The notes under the pieces: model-generated
The model's database searches: none
The model's input: the letters and a program-made list of their open reading frames with translations, nothing else
Told to the model about the DNA's origin: nothing
Position numbers and translations under genes: made by a program
Part shown: positions 37,190 through 50,351 of the stretch, piece after piece
How positions within the stretch are numbered: position 1 is the first letter of the stretch
Layout of the letters: each line of letters opens with the position of its first letter
Assembly: GCF_902652985.1 (NCBI RefSeq)
Contig: NC_047020.1
Coordinates: forward strand, 12,028,001-12,092,000
Length of the DNA: 64,000 bases
Direction: 5' to 3'
Source: Pecten maximus
Lineage: Eukaryota

Positions 37190-38075
37190 AAATTTTGCTG
37201 GATATATTGTATTATCTTTCAACATAATCCCCTCCAGTATCTATATATTTTTGCCAGCGGTGTTTAAGGGCCTCAATGCCACTTTTATAGAACTCCTTTT
37301 CTTGGCTGTTCAGAAGGTCATCCACTGCAAGTTAGGGTTAGGGTGCCTGGAATAGCTGTTTACAGTTTTTGAAATATATGAAAGTCTGATGGAGTGAGAT
37401 CAGGCGAATAAGGCGGGTACACAATCAATTTAATGGCACAATCGTAAATGGCTACCATGGCAATAACAGATTTGTGAACAGAAGCATTGCCCTTATGGAA
37501 TAACACACCTTTAGTGAGCTTTCTGTGGCGCTTAAGTTTAATATTTTCCCGTAACTGCATCAAAAGTGAAGCATAGGAAAACATTGATTGTTTGTCCTTT
37601 TTGGAGATAATTTATCAGCAGAATGCTGCCTGCATCCCAGAAAACTGAAGCCATAACCTTCCCAGCTGATGAAACAGTCTTTGCCTTCTTTGGCTAGGGG
37701 AAAGCCATGGTGCTTCAATTGTTTCGATTGTTGTTTGACCTCTGGGCTAAAATGATGGACCCTATGTTTCTGCCATAGTGACAAATCTCTGAAGAAAGTT
37801 GACAGGATATTCCCCAAAAAGATTAAGGTCAGCGCGGAAATGTGCACCTGGTGTGTTTCTGATCAACTGTCAGACATCTTGGTACCCATCGGGCCGAAAG
37901 CTTTCTCATTGCAAGATCCTCGGTCAGAATGGAATGTACTCTTTCCTGTGAAATGCCAACTCTGTTGGCTATATATCTTTCTGTGACTCGTCTGCCAGTC
38001 ATAAAAAAACCATGAACTTTATTGATCATTTTTGAGGTTGCAATATTTACAGGTCTTCCAGAACGGGGGTCATAC
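37190..38075 (-). mobile_element. Mariner transposase relic (frameshifted)
   Basis: LSARWVPRCLT, GVLFHKGNASVH, YPPYSPDLTPSDFHIF, and C-terminal ...GDYVER*. Confidence 0.92.
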
Positions 38076-38136
38076 CTGTATTACCCCTCGGTCTCACAAA
38101 CCTCCACCAGAGTGATTAGTATTACAAGCTAATATA

Positions 38137-39226
38137 CAGTCAAACCTGCTCTAACGACCCCCTGTATATAACGACTGCCTGTCTATAACGACCGGTTTTA
38201 AGATTCCCCGTGAGATTTTCCTATATAACGACCCTCTGTATAGCGACTACCTGTCTAATGTGGCTAACGACCGGTGATTTCGGAACGGCGGTCGCTAATT
38301 TGTTTTCTATAGCGACCGATTTCTGTCAGCCATCTTCTGCTCTCGGCAGTCATCCCTCATAAAATCCCGGGAAAATTCAGACACATTGAACCTGGCTTGA
38401 TTATACAAACAAAGGACTACAACAACCCTGGCCTGAGTATATAAACAAAAGACCCCTACCACCTGTTAGCCTATAATTACTGTAGCTGCCCTGGCCTGGG
38501 GCTCGGTAAGAGAGGAGTCGGGTCACCATGCGTGTCGGTATTACATTACAACTGTGCACAGGTGGCTTCATTTGACACGGTCAGTTAATTTTGTGATTAC
38601 AACTAGGATACACCACTTCAATAACAAACACTGGTCATATCTGTCAACAAGATTTACTCACATGAAAGCCAATAATGCCTTTCTTAATCGTAGCTGTCGG
38701 TACTAGCAGTTGTACTGCCGCCATCTTTAATTAGTCAATACTAATAAAAAGTCGTAAACTGACAAATATCCGGATTTCAATTTGGGTCAGAAAAAAAATA
38801 TTTTGGTTTTAAGAAGTAAGACTATAGCACAAAATAATTAGTAGTAACACAAATATAATTAATTAATTAATTTTTGTGTATTCTTTTCCTTTATTTATGA
38901 AAGGAAGGGAGATAATTTGATAGATACATATAGCATTATTTCAGAACAAAATATTTTTTTAAAAATTTCCATAAGACCATTTTGAGTTATGTTTTGTGTT
39001 TGGGTCCACAAATCATTAAATATTAAACCCTTCAGATTTATAAAGTTTATGCATTTATTTAACTTCTGACTGGTCTTCTGAATGCCCTGTTCAATGACAA
39101 TTTATTTATGGCAGTTTTAAGTAAATTGGTTGGTGCAATGATTTTGACCTGTCTATAAAGGCAACCTGTCTATAGTGACCGTTTTTCTGCCTCCCCTTGG
39201 GCGGTCGCTATAGACAGGTTTGACTG
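38137..39226. mobile_element. 1.09-kb non-autonomous Tc1/pogo-type element
   Basis: TIR CAGTCAAACCTG ... CAGGTTTGACTG, TA TSD, subterminal TATA(A/G)CGACC repeats. Confidence 0.88.
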
Positions 39227-39829
39227 TACATGTTCTGTAAGTTACAATGACATGCATATGTTTTGCCACTGTTGTAAAACAAATAATTAACAATATTTAC
39301 ATAAACAATTTCTTAATTGAAAAAAGAATATATATATATGATAATATCAGTATGTGTACATCCATAAAATTGGGGAGCTTTCTAATTTTGAATTACATAC
39401 ATAATCTTAATGTTCAACTTCATCAACAATATGCATTAAAATAGTACAATATAAGCTATTTCTTCATTCATACCGACAATATCTTTGCATTGTTTGGTGG
39501 GTTTCGATAGCACTCCATCAGAGGGGATCAGGGATTTATGCTTTAATTTACGATCATCTTTGAAGCGCAAAACATGTTCTTCTTTGCCATGTCCTTATAT
39601 ATATAGATGCATTTTTGCGAGACAATATATGTTAATTATAAATGTTTTATGGACTTGATTTAAAACGAGTAAACATTACTGGTAAATAATGATAATGATT
39701 AAATAATTAAATAAGTATTTATGTAATAATCCGCCATTAAACGGACAGCATCTCTTGTATGTCATTTGCAGGTATTTGTACCTCGTGAATTTGGTGATAG
39801 GACATCCCATCCGTAGCTACCTATCAACA

Positions 39830-40283
39830 ACATAAGTTACCACATTATTTGCCCCTGGATAAGAGCTTCTGTCCACATAAGTTGCCCCTTGATAAGCGCT
39901 TCTGTCTACATTATTTGCTCCTTGATAAGAGCTTCTGTCCACATTATTTGCTCCTTGATAAGAGCTTCTGTCCACATTATTTGCTCCTTGATAAGAGCTT
40001 CTCTCTACATTATTTGCCCCTGGATAAGAGCTTCTGTCCACATTATTTGCTCCTGGATAAGAGCTTCTGTCCAATGCATTAATGATAAATTAATGATTAA
40101 TCAAATAAGTGATATACTTTAGGGACCCGCGAAACTACAGGTGAAAAAGAACTATGGTAAGACTGACCGGGAGGTTATGAATATGGACAGGATCTCTGAT
40201 CGAGAGGCAACTAATGTGAACAGAAGCTCTTATCAAGGGGCAACTTATGTGGACAGAAGCTCTTATCCAGGGGCAAATAATGT
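39830..40283. repeat. 33-bp minisatellite with an inverted partial copy
   Basis: TGATAAGAGCTTCTGTCCACATTATTTGCTCCT units at 39840-40075; reverse-complement units at 40205-40283. Confidence 0.88.
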
Positions 40284-40359
40284 ATTAATGACATTTTCCC
40301 GTTGTACAGTTTTAAAGTTATTGCTATGGGTAACTTAACTAAGCATACAACAGGCAAGA

Positions 40360-40690
40360 CCAATATCATTGAATGTAGTCACTCAACTGAATTTTCATTT
40401 CCCCGGATACTGTCACCACGGAGTTATGAGGTACAACAATCCGTCGGGTAGCGATTACTCTGGTGACCACCGGCTTATCATCCCTAGATATAGTGGAGAT
40501 ATAAATCGTCTCCTGCATGTAATGAATTTCTCCCCATTGATATAGGAAGTCAAGAACCAATAATATCTCTTCATTGATTGGTACCATATACACTCGCTGC
40601 TTAAACGACAGAACCTTCGGAGACAATTACTGCTTCCCGCCATCTGTTCAACACCAACCCTCAAAAGTTGTGTCATCACAGTCGAAATCA
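40360..40690 (-). mobile_element. Gypsy-like LTR retrotransposon protease-region relic
   Basis: VYMVPINEEILLVLDFL resembles the C-terminal retropepsin motif LLGxDFL; followed by RRIVVPHNSV. Confidence 0.55.
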
Positions 40691-42914
40691 TACAGAAATT
40701 TGCATTAAAAATTCAATATTATTCCTCCTGGTGTTGTTCAAACAGTTTTGTCACCATTAAAATACTCACTAAATAAGCTAAACCGTGTAGCGATGCATGC
40801 GCGGGGTAGCTCATTATCTTGCTTCCAGACTCAGTCAAACTCGCACACTACCCACATACCTATACAAAAGGTAGGACTCCGGGTCACCGATCACTATATC
40901 AGTACGTGTATCTCACCTATTTAGATATGTGTACTCGGCATACTGTTAGCCTAGAACCCTATTGTCCGTTCTATCTACATTGATTACTTACTAATTTCAT
41001 TTTTTTCTTAATTTCTACAGGATCTTGTCACTGAGTAGGAGGTACAGGCAGCATATGAAAATCCCTTACATCATCAATATCATACACCCATCCGTGAAAT
41101 GGATTGCAGCATTCCTAAGCAAAATATTACATTCACAGATACGTCTGTTCCCCACCTGACAATTTCTAAATCAACATATCGACGTACTATCTATTCTAAG
41201 TGATAGAAATGTCATAGGCAGCAATTAAGATACGTGTAAACTGGGAAGTGTTTACATTTTCCCGAAGTTATTTTAGGTTAATCGAGGTACGCATGCGTTA
41301 ACAGAACCTGGTATAAACCGGTGTGGTTTGGCGCCTCCCGCTGCTTACATGTATACAATTACACAGATCAAGCTATCCGTGTGACATGACAATGTTAGGT
41401 GTTGTATTGGAACGCATTAGCCATGTTAGCGGTAGCAGTCTGACATGGACACTTCTGGTTCTTTTGGTGGTATAGTACCTGTGGAACAGGCACCAGAGAC
41501 TGAACTCCCTACCCCCGGGGCCTACACCTCTCCCACTTCTGGGGAACCTACTTGATTTAGCATCCAAAGACCAGCTAGAAACATATCGTAAACTGCGTGA
41601 AAAGTATGGAGACCTGGTCACTCTTCATGTGGGGTCCATCACAATGGTGGTGGTCAGTGGTTACGACACACTTCGGGAACTCTTCGTTAAGCGTGGTGAA
41701 GTCACGTCTGACAGACCTGACCTATTTGTATTCAGGGAAGTAACGAATGGCGAAGGTAATTATAAACGAATAATAGCTTTACCGACATGACCCTAGACAG
41801 GTAAAAGTGCATCAAAAATAGCAAATACATATTTCACGAATTCTCTAAATACTGTTTTAGAGGGATATATATCAGCGTGAAAAAACAAGATAATTAAAAT
41901 TAGGTTTTTAATACTTGTTATTAGGTTAAGTCTAAAATTGCTCAAAGTCTGAAAGTCTGTTACCGTCCAGAAATGCACAATTGCATGAACGTTAAAAAAA
42001 CTATACTCATCTTCTGGGTTTCATTAAATATTAATTCCTGGATATTTTCGACATGCTTATTCTAACGATTTCATTAATCGTCTGATTGTCATGAAGCTTC
42101 ATACACTCACAACTATGGTCTCTTAAATCAATGTTGATTGCAATTCAAACTCCTGTGATTCAATGTGAGGTCATTCCTCCTATAAATACATTTCCCTCGT
42201 CCTCACACTACTAAAACGTTGATTTTCAGATAGTTTCGTTACTTCAAATTCCTACTCACAATTACAATATCTGTTCAAAAAAAAATATGTTTTACAAAGC
42301 CACAATGTGATTTGATAAGTCTTACCATATTTTGTTGGGTATTGATCCATATTCAATAGCGAGGGGGTTCGTACCGCTTAAGATGCCTTGTTTTATAACT
42401 TCCATATGTTCACCTTCCTTCGATATTGTCACCACTTGTCACGTGATTATCATATATGAAAAAAGCTTGACCATCACTTATATATAACGTACTATACCTT
42501 CCATTACATTGTACATGTATTACTTAATAGGTTTGGGTTATGTTAATGATTTTACAGACCACTGACCTTGTCAACATCCAATCCGAATCCAACAAAACGG
42601 CGACATACTCCACTATCGTCACACCGACACACTGTGACATCCGACACCTGTCCCATATGTTATCATAAAAACAGGTTTCACTGTATGACTATGGTGTTGT
42701 GAACGACATCTATAACATGTAATTTAACATGGTAGGCTTTATCTGCATCATTTTTAATTTTCATAAAATATAAAGATTTTATTGAGCATTTTGATTCACT
42801 CCTATGGAACATAAACAATTTTGGGATATTAAAATGTTTTGCTGAACATTTACCAGGCACAAAAAGTCATTAAAATGATTGATTACACAATTTTGATTGA
42901 GTATGAATATACGT

Positions 42915-43770
42915 ACCATTAAAATGTGCTCAGTGGAAGTAAGGATAATATAACTTAACCATTAATTGTACTGAGCATTAGTAAAGAAAATATAACTTTA
43001 CTATTAAGTTGGACTGAGTATTAGTAAGGATGATATAAATAAACTATTAAATTGTACTGAACATTAGATAGGATTATTTTTTTAAAAAGCAACATTAAAT
43101 TGAACTGAACATTAATGAGGATGATATAAATAAATTGTACTGAGCGGTAGTAAGGATGATATTTTAAAAACAAAAACCCATCGAATTGTACTGTGCATTT
43201 GTAAGGAATATATAAATAACCCATTAAATTGTACAGAGTATTAATAAGATTGATATAAAAAAAACATCAAATTATACTGAGCATTAGTAAGGATGATGTA
43301 AATAAACTACTAAATTGTACTGAGCATTAATAAGATTGATATGAAGAAAAAAACAAATTGCTCTGAGCATCAGTAAGGATGATGTAAATAAACCATTAAA
43401 TTGTACTGAGTGGTAGTAAGAATGATATGAATAACCCATTAAATTGTACTGAGTGGTAGTAAGAATGATATGAATAACCCATTAAATTGTACTGAGTGGT
43501 AGTAAGAATGATATGAATAACCCATTAAATTGTACTGAGTGGTAGTAAGAATGATATGAATAACCCATTAAATTGTACTGAGTGGTAGTAAGGATGATAT
43601 AAATAACCCATTAAATTGTACTGAGTGGTAGTAAGAATGATATAAATAAACTATTAAATTGTACACTGGGTATTCGTAACTATATAAATAGCCCATAAAC
43701 CATTAAATTGCACTGAGTGGTGGTGAGAATGATTTGAATAACTCATTAAATTGTACTGCGTGATAGTAAG
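42915..43770 (+). repeat. ~43-bp AT-rich minisatellite in P450 B intron 1
   Basis: CCCATTAAATTGTACTGAGTGGTAGTAAGAATGATATGAATAA. Confidence 0.9.
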
Positions 43771-44644
43771 CTTGGCCTGAATAAATATCAAATTTTATTG
43801 CGCCGTATTAACATGTACTTCTTTCTAATGCCAACTTCATCAATTCAGCAATTAAGCAATATACATGTATTTTATTCAGAATATCATAAGACGTTAAATA
43901 GTTATTTAAATAGTTATAAGTGTCGGAAATTTTAGAATGGTTGATGATTAGTGCAATTGTCTCTTATTCACGCTTGAAAAGTCGAACATAAATGAAATTC
44001 CTTGTGATATTAGTATATGTTCTTATGTAGGAATTGTGAGCAGATCAGGGCCGGAATGGAAGATACACAGAGCATTCGCTGTTGGAGGACTAAGGGATTT
44101 TGGTTTCGGCAAGAAAAGTATTGAAGGGAAAATAATGGAAGAAGTTGAAATATTTCTTCACGTTCTTGAAGAGAAACAAGGACAACCCATAAATCCAGAG
44201 TCTTGTATGCAGACTTGTATTGCAAATATTATATGTGCGATTACATTTGGTAAGAGGTTTGAGCATGGCGATCCTGTATTTATAGAACTAATCGACTTGA
44301 TAAAGGAAAACTTATCTCTTATCGGACCCGCCGGACTTCTCAACATCATGCCTTTTGTCCGGTTTGTCCAAGGGGATCCTGTCGGTTGTAAAAAGATACT
44401 TAAAAATGCAGACAAAGTCATTAAGTATCTTTACAAGCTAATTGACGCTCATCAGAAGGACTTCGACGAAGAAAATATTAAAGATTTCATCGACGATTAT
44501 TTAAAGGAGATAAAGAATAAGGAAGGACAGGATACTTCCTTCACAGGTACGTTTGTATGACAGTCTCAGTAGCCATGGAGATAAAACAAATCCGATAAAT
44601 CGGACATTTAAGTATATTGAAGAACCAAAAGAACTTATAATTTG

Positions 44645-44983
44645 CATATTACACTGGTAGTATCCAAACATATTACACTGGTAGTATCCAATCATATTAC
44701 ACTGGTAGTATCCAATCATATTACACTGGTAGTATCCAATCATATTACACTGGTAGTATCCAATCATATTACACTGGTAGTATCCAATCATATTACACTG
44801 GTATTATCCAATCATATTACACTGGTAGTATCCAATCATATTACACTGGTAGTATCCAATCATATTACCCTGGTAGTATCCAATCACATTACACTAGTAT
44901 TATCCAATCATATTACACTGGTAGTATCCAATCATATTACACTGGTAGTATCCAATCATATTACACTGGTAGTATCCAATCAT
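44645..44983 (+). repeat. 24-bp minisatellite in P450 B intron 2
   Basis: CATATTACACTGGTAGTATCCAAT, 14 copies. Confidence 0.95.
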
Positions 44984-45661
44984 TTACAAGGTATTGAACC
45001 ATTAATATTTAAACCATGACTGGATAGTATATCAGAGAAGGGTGTTGTTCGGGGCCTAGAATTTTAAGAATTTCTCAATATTTATAAAATTATGACAAAA
45101 AAAAGACAATTATCAATATATCTCAGATCTATTTTTTTAACTGACAGTGTCACAGCTAATGAATACCATGTCAGACATGTTTGTTGCTGGAATAGACTCA
45201 ACAACCACGACTCTACTCTGGGTTATCGTGTTCTTCCTCAACTACCCGGATGTACAGGAACGTTGTCACGAGGAGGTTACGAAGGTGGTAGGAGAGGGTC
45301 GTTTCCCGTCCCTGTCAGACCGATCACAAATGCCGTATACTGAGGCGACCATCACAGAGATGTTCAGATTTGGCGATTTTACTCCGCTTGGACTGCCACA
45401 TGCTACAAGTACTGACGTCAGTTTCAAAGGACATATAATTCCTAAAGGAACAATGTTGATACCAAATATCGGCTCTGTCCACACTAATCCTGGTATATTC
45501 CAAGATCCGGGTAAATTTAACCCATCAAGATTCCTTGACAGTGATGGCAAAGTCTGTGGAACTGACCATGTCATACCATTCTTTTTTGGTAAGATGTTTT
45601 TATAACGCATTCTATATTTAACTCCAAATATAGTCATTTCTAGAGATTTTGTACTTTCGAA

Positions 45662-46618
45662 CATCCTCGATGCTTCGGGGTTGCGTTCATTTTCGTTCTC
45701 TACATATGTCATAGAGAAATCAAATATATAACTAGCTATAGAAAAATTTAGACTAATCGCTATGTCGATGATATGTTGAAGATTACAGATGAACGAGAGA
45801 CCAAGTTATAGTTCTATCTGATCAAAATCAGATCGGTCTGACGGTTGCCGGTATAACAACATGCTCATGACTTGTCAACCAACCAATAGAAATGCAAATG
45901 ACTTTTCCCCAGAGTCTGTTTCCTCTCCCACGGCGCTCATCACGGTTGATGGATAAGAATGTCAAATTAACAAAGATGGCTTTGCCCATCGCCAACCACT
46001 TCACACTGAAAATGATTATTTAGAGGACAAAATATGCTCAGTTTTTTAATCTACTCTGTTAAAACAGACTAACGGGCACTTTACTCTCAATTTGCGCAAT
46101 TTGCTGAACAAGACACGCTGTGTTTGATTGGTTAAAATCCCGTTGTATGCTAACAAACCCTTGAGGTCAATTGAACATGACCCCCTAACCGACCACCATA
46201 AGATCTTCATTACGTAGTGTATAATGATGATCATTATTTTAATCAGATTGCAATAAAGTCCAAACTAGTCAATTTAACGTCATGGCGACCTCGAAATTCG
46301 TTTAATGTAAATATAAGGTTTAAACTAGACCTTTTGTTTTATTCACAAGATGGTGGTGACTGAGCATTTGATTTTGCAATAACATTGCTGGGAGCGAAAG
46401 TGTATGATACCCCTCGAGTACCGAAAGTGTATGATACCCCTGGAGTATCGAGAGTGTATGATACCCCTGGAGTACCGAAAGTGTATGATACCCCTGGGGT
46501 ATCGAAAGTCTATGAAACCCCTGGAGTATCGAAAGTGCATGATACCCCTGGAGTACCGAAAGTGTATGATACCCCTGGAGTATCGAAAGTGTATGATACC
46601 CCTGGAGTATCGAGGATG
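45662..46618. mobile_element. TIR element with a 23-bp subterminal tandem array (46395-46612) in P450 B intron 3
   Basis: Ends CATCCTCGATGCTTCGGGG ... CCCCTGGAGTATCGAGGATG; related fragment at 34633-34898. Confidence 0.65.
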
Positions 46619-47686
46619 ACTTCCAACAAGATAGTCGCGAAACCGTGAACTAACAGTATCGAAAGGATTCCACTCACAACAACCATGAGAGAAATTAACA
46701 AGTAAATGATGACGCAAAAAAAAAACCTGGACGTGAATAATAGTATCATGATTCGCAGCTTAACTATTAATGACAAAATATCTGTATTAAGACGCTAATA
46801 ATTGGCTTTGGTGTTCATTTGAAATGACTATAACCTAAAATACTAATATTCAATAACTGGTATTTTATCATTGCTACAGGTCGCCGTGTATGTATGGGTG
46901 AGGCCCTCGCCAGGTCAGAGCTGTTTCTCTTCCTCACCTCCATGGTACAACGTTTCCAGCTCAAACCGACAGGTCTTGATGGTATTCCGTCTGTTAAAGG
47001 CCAGTTTCAAGGTATGGGGAAGAAACCGCCTACTTACAAATGTATAGCCAAGAAGAGACTATAGAATCGGTACATATTTCACCGTATTTTCTCATGGACA
47101 GGAACGACAAATCATCCGGTGACTAGCTGGATCTTTGTGTTTTTCGGCATAGCCGTATAATTTTCTTTTGTTCCCGGATATGACGCGACAGGTGGCGTTA
47201 CTGGTCAAGATGAAGTATGTGATTGGTCAATGTAGCGATAAATGCAAAATGCAGACATGCAGTTAAAGACGAAATAGAATTAAGATTGAATGCAAGCTGA
47301 ATAAGTGAATGTATCTATTCAAATGACACATTAATAAAATCATATTCCTGATTCAAATGCAGTCTTATTTTCACCAAAAATGATTCAAACTGATATAATT
47401 TTGTTATCCGTGCTGAAACTGTGCATTTATTAATTAGTTCGTTAATTTATTTCACCAGCAGTTTTACATTATAACCACCAGAATTAAAACTATGCCGTTT
47501 ATGTTTTTGAAAGATATTTCTTGTTTAACGTATATAATTCTTACAAATAAAGTGCCTTACACATATATTTGCATTTGGATTACAAACCATGATAATAAGT
47601 TACAAAATGATTTACAGTTTATCAGAACAAACTGACTTCCAAATTGTAACATCATGGGATATGTAATTGTATTTACGCGGAATAGT

Positions 47687-49035
47687 TATTCAGGCTGGTT
47701 ATTCCTATAGTAATACAACAGGCTGGTAATATAGCCGTACACAAGTCTATACCATCTGGTTAATTATTCCTATAGTAATACAACAGGCTGGTAATATAGC
47801 CGTACACAAGTCTATACCATCTTGTTAATTATTCCTATAGTAATACAACAGGCTGGTAATACAGCCGTACACAAGTCTATACCATCTTGTTAATTATTCC
47901 TATAGTAATACAACAGGCTGGTAATATAGCCGTACACAAGTCTATACCATCTTGTTAATTATTCCTATAGTAATACAACAGGCTGGTAATATAGCCGTAC
48001 ACAAGTCTATACCATCTTGTTAATTATTCCTATAGTAATACAACAGGCTGGTAATATAGCCGTACACAAGTCTATACCATCTTGTTAATTATTCCTATAG
48101 TAATACAACAGGCTGGTAATACAGCCGTACACAAGTCTATACCATCTGGTTAATTATTCCTATAGTAATACAACAGGCTGGTAATATAGCCGTACACAAG
48201 TCTATACCATCTGGTTAATTATTCCTATAGTAGTACAACAGGCTGGTAATATAGCCGTACACAAGTCTATACCATCTGGTTAATTATTCCTATAGTAATA
48301 CAACAGGCTGGTAATATAGCCGTACACAAGTCTATACCATCTGGTTAATTATTCCTATAGTAGTACAACAGGCTGGTAATATAGCCGTACACAAGTCTAT
48401 ACCATCTTGTTAATTATTCCTATAGTAATACAACAGGCTGGTAATATAGCCGTACACAAGTCTATACCATCTGGTTAATTATTCCTATAGTAATACAACA
48501 GGCTGGTAATATAGCCGTACACTAGTCTATACCATCTGGTTAATTATTCCTATAGTAGTACAACAGGCTGGTTATTCCTATAGTAGTACAACAGGCTGGT
48601 AATACAGCCGTACACAAGTCTATACCATCTGGTTAATTATTCCTATAGTAGTACAACAGGCTGGTTATTCCTATAGTAGTACAACAGGCTGGTAATATAG
48701 CCGTACACAAGTCTATACCATCTGGTTAATTATTCCTATAGTAATACAACAGGCTGGTAATACAGCCGTACACAAGTCTATACCATCTGGTTAATTATTC
48801 CTATAGTAATACAACAGGCTGGTAATACAGCCGTACACAAGTCTATACCATCTGGTTAATTATTCCTATAGTAGTACAACAGGCTGGTAATACAGCCGTA
48901 CACAAGTCTATACCATCTGGTTAATTATTCCTATAGTAATACAACAGGCTGGTAATATAGCCGTACACAAGTCTATACCATCTGGTTAATTATTCCTATA
49001 GTAATACAACAGGTTGTTAATACAGCCGTATACAA
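47687..49035 (+). repeat. 65-bp minisatellite
   Basis: ATTCCTATAGTAATACAACAGGCTGGTAATATAGCCGTACACAAGTCTATACCATCTGGTTAATT, ~20 copies. Confidence 0.96.
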
Positions 49036-49089
49036 TTTTCAATTTTCAATTTCTGTATTAACTGTGGGCCATATTGGGCCATATTGCCC

Positions 49090-49600
49090 ATTGGTACTTA
49101 TTACATAGGAGCCTGAAGTTGGTTCCGATAATTCTTCCTCTTTTCAAGTGAACACGTTATTTTTCCTGTCTTAACAACATTGGTACGTAGGTCAGAGTTT
49201 TTTGGAATAAGTAAACAAGATAATCGTCCCCTGGGACGAACGGTCCTGATTAGGAATGCGGTAAAAATGTTCTGTATGCATGGGATGTCCACCGGCCATA
49301 AGGCATCAGCTCCTCATCTGTTACCGAACTTCTGGGGGCGGGTGTTGCTGACCCAACCCGAAACAAATGGGGAGTGTATTTAGACGTATTCATACCTATG
49401 TGAGAAATAGCTAACTTCAGAAAAGGACCAAACTGGAACCCGAAGCGAATAAGAGGTGTATTTGGATGCATCCATAACTATGTGAGAAATTGCTAACTTC
49501 AGAACAGCTGAAAACTGGAACCTAGTAAGAGGCTTATTATCTGCATGGCATAATATGTACCCCTCTACTGTTGGCTTTCTGCAGATGAATTGCTCATAAC
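49090..49600 (-). mobile_element. DIRS/Ngaro-type tyrosine recombinase relic
   Basis: YTPHLFRVGSAT...YGRWTSHAY matches the HSFRIGAAT...GRWxSxAY catalytic region. Confidence 0.85.
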
Positions 49601-50351
49601 ACCGAACTCAATATAATTAAAATTAGACTTGTATTCTAACGATACCCCATAGGAGGTCATCTCAGCATGACCTTTGGGCTTCAAATATAAGCCAATGAAA
49701 ACTGGTCAATGACGTAATTAATCAACCAATGATAAAGAGTCTTATACGAGCATTCGGTTGTGTCTCCTTAGTATTTGCGACTCAATTCTGCGCTTGATTT
49801 TAACTACATGTACGCAAAATTTCACATAACTGCTAGATTATTTTAATTGCCACGGTAATAAAAATATTGCTAATCCTCTAGACGTTACTGAAAGAAGAAC
49901 AGAAAACGATTTCACGACGCTGTTGCCTTCTCTGTCTTTCTCTCGTACGATGAAGAAAAACCCACACGAACAGCACACGTTTGTTACATTATAAATTCGT
50001 TGAGGTTTCTTGATGAGCCGGAGATATATTTCGAGTTAAACGGGGTCTTCGAGTTATCCGAGTTCGAGTTAAGGAAGTTTGACTGTAAAAAATAAAGATA
50101 TGTTAGGCTGTCAGAAACGTAGTTAGGTTAGTCACTCGAGTGCACCAAGGCACACCGGTAAGATCAACTGGGTACATTCAAACGAACTCCATTGGTTATC
50201 GAGCCGGAGGCGATACTTATCGTTATATATAAAAATGTGTGGAAGGCGAGATTACCTCTGCTTTGACTCCATTTCAGAGAACGGAAATTATGTCGCATAT
50301 TCACCTCAATTTTCATAATATATTTCTTAACAAAGATTAATTCTTATCATC

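Larger units (their letters stand above)
41392..47064 (+). pseudogene. Cytochrome P450, CYP2 clan, copy B; one premature TAG at codon 28, otherwise intact
   Basis: Exons 41392-41755, 44031-44546, 45148-45588 and 46880-47064. GTA TAG TAC at 41473-41475 where paralogues have TAT (Tyr). All splice sites and the heme motif are preserved. Confidence 0.85.

Noticed and set aside
50030-50087. TIR-like end (TTCGAGTT repeats, TTTGACTGTA)
   Set aside because: No matching left end was found, so the element cannot be delimited.
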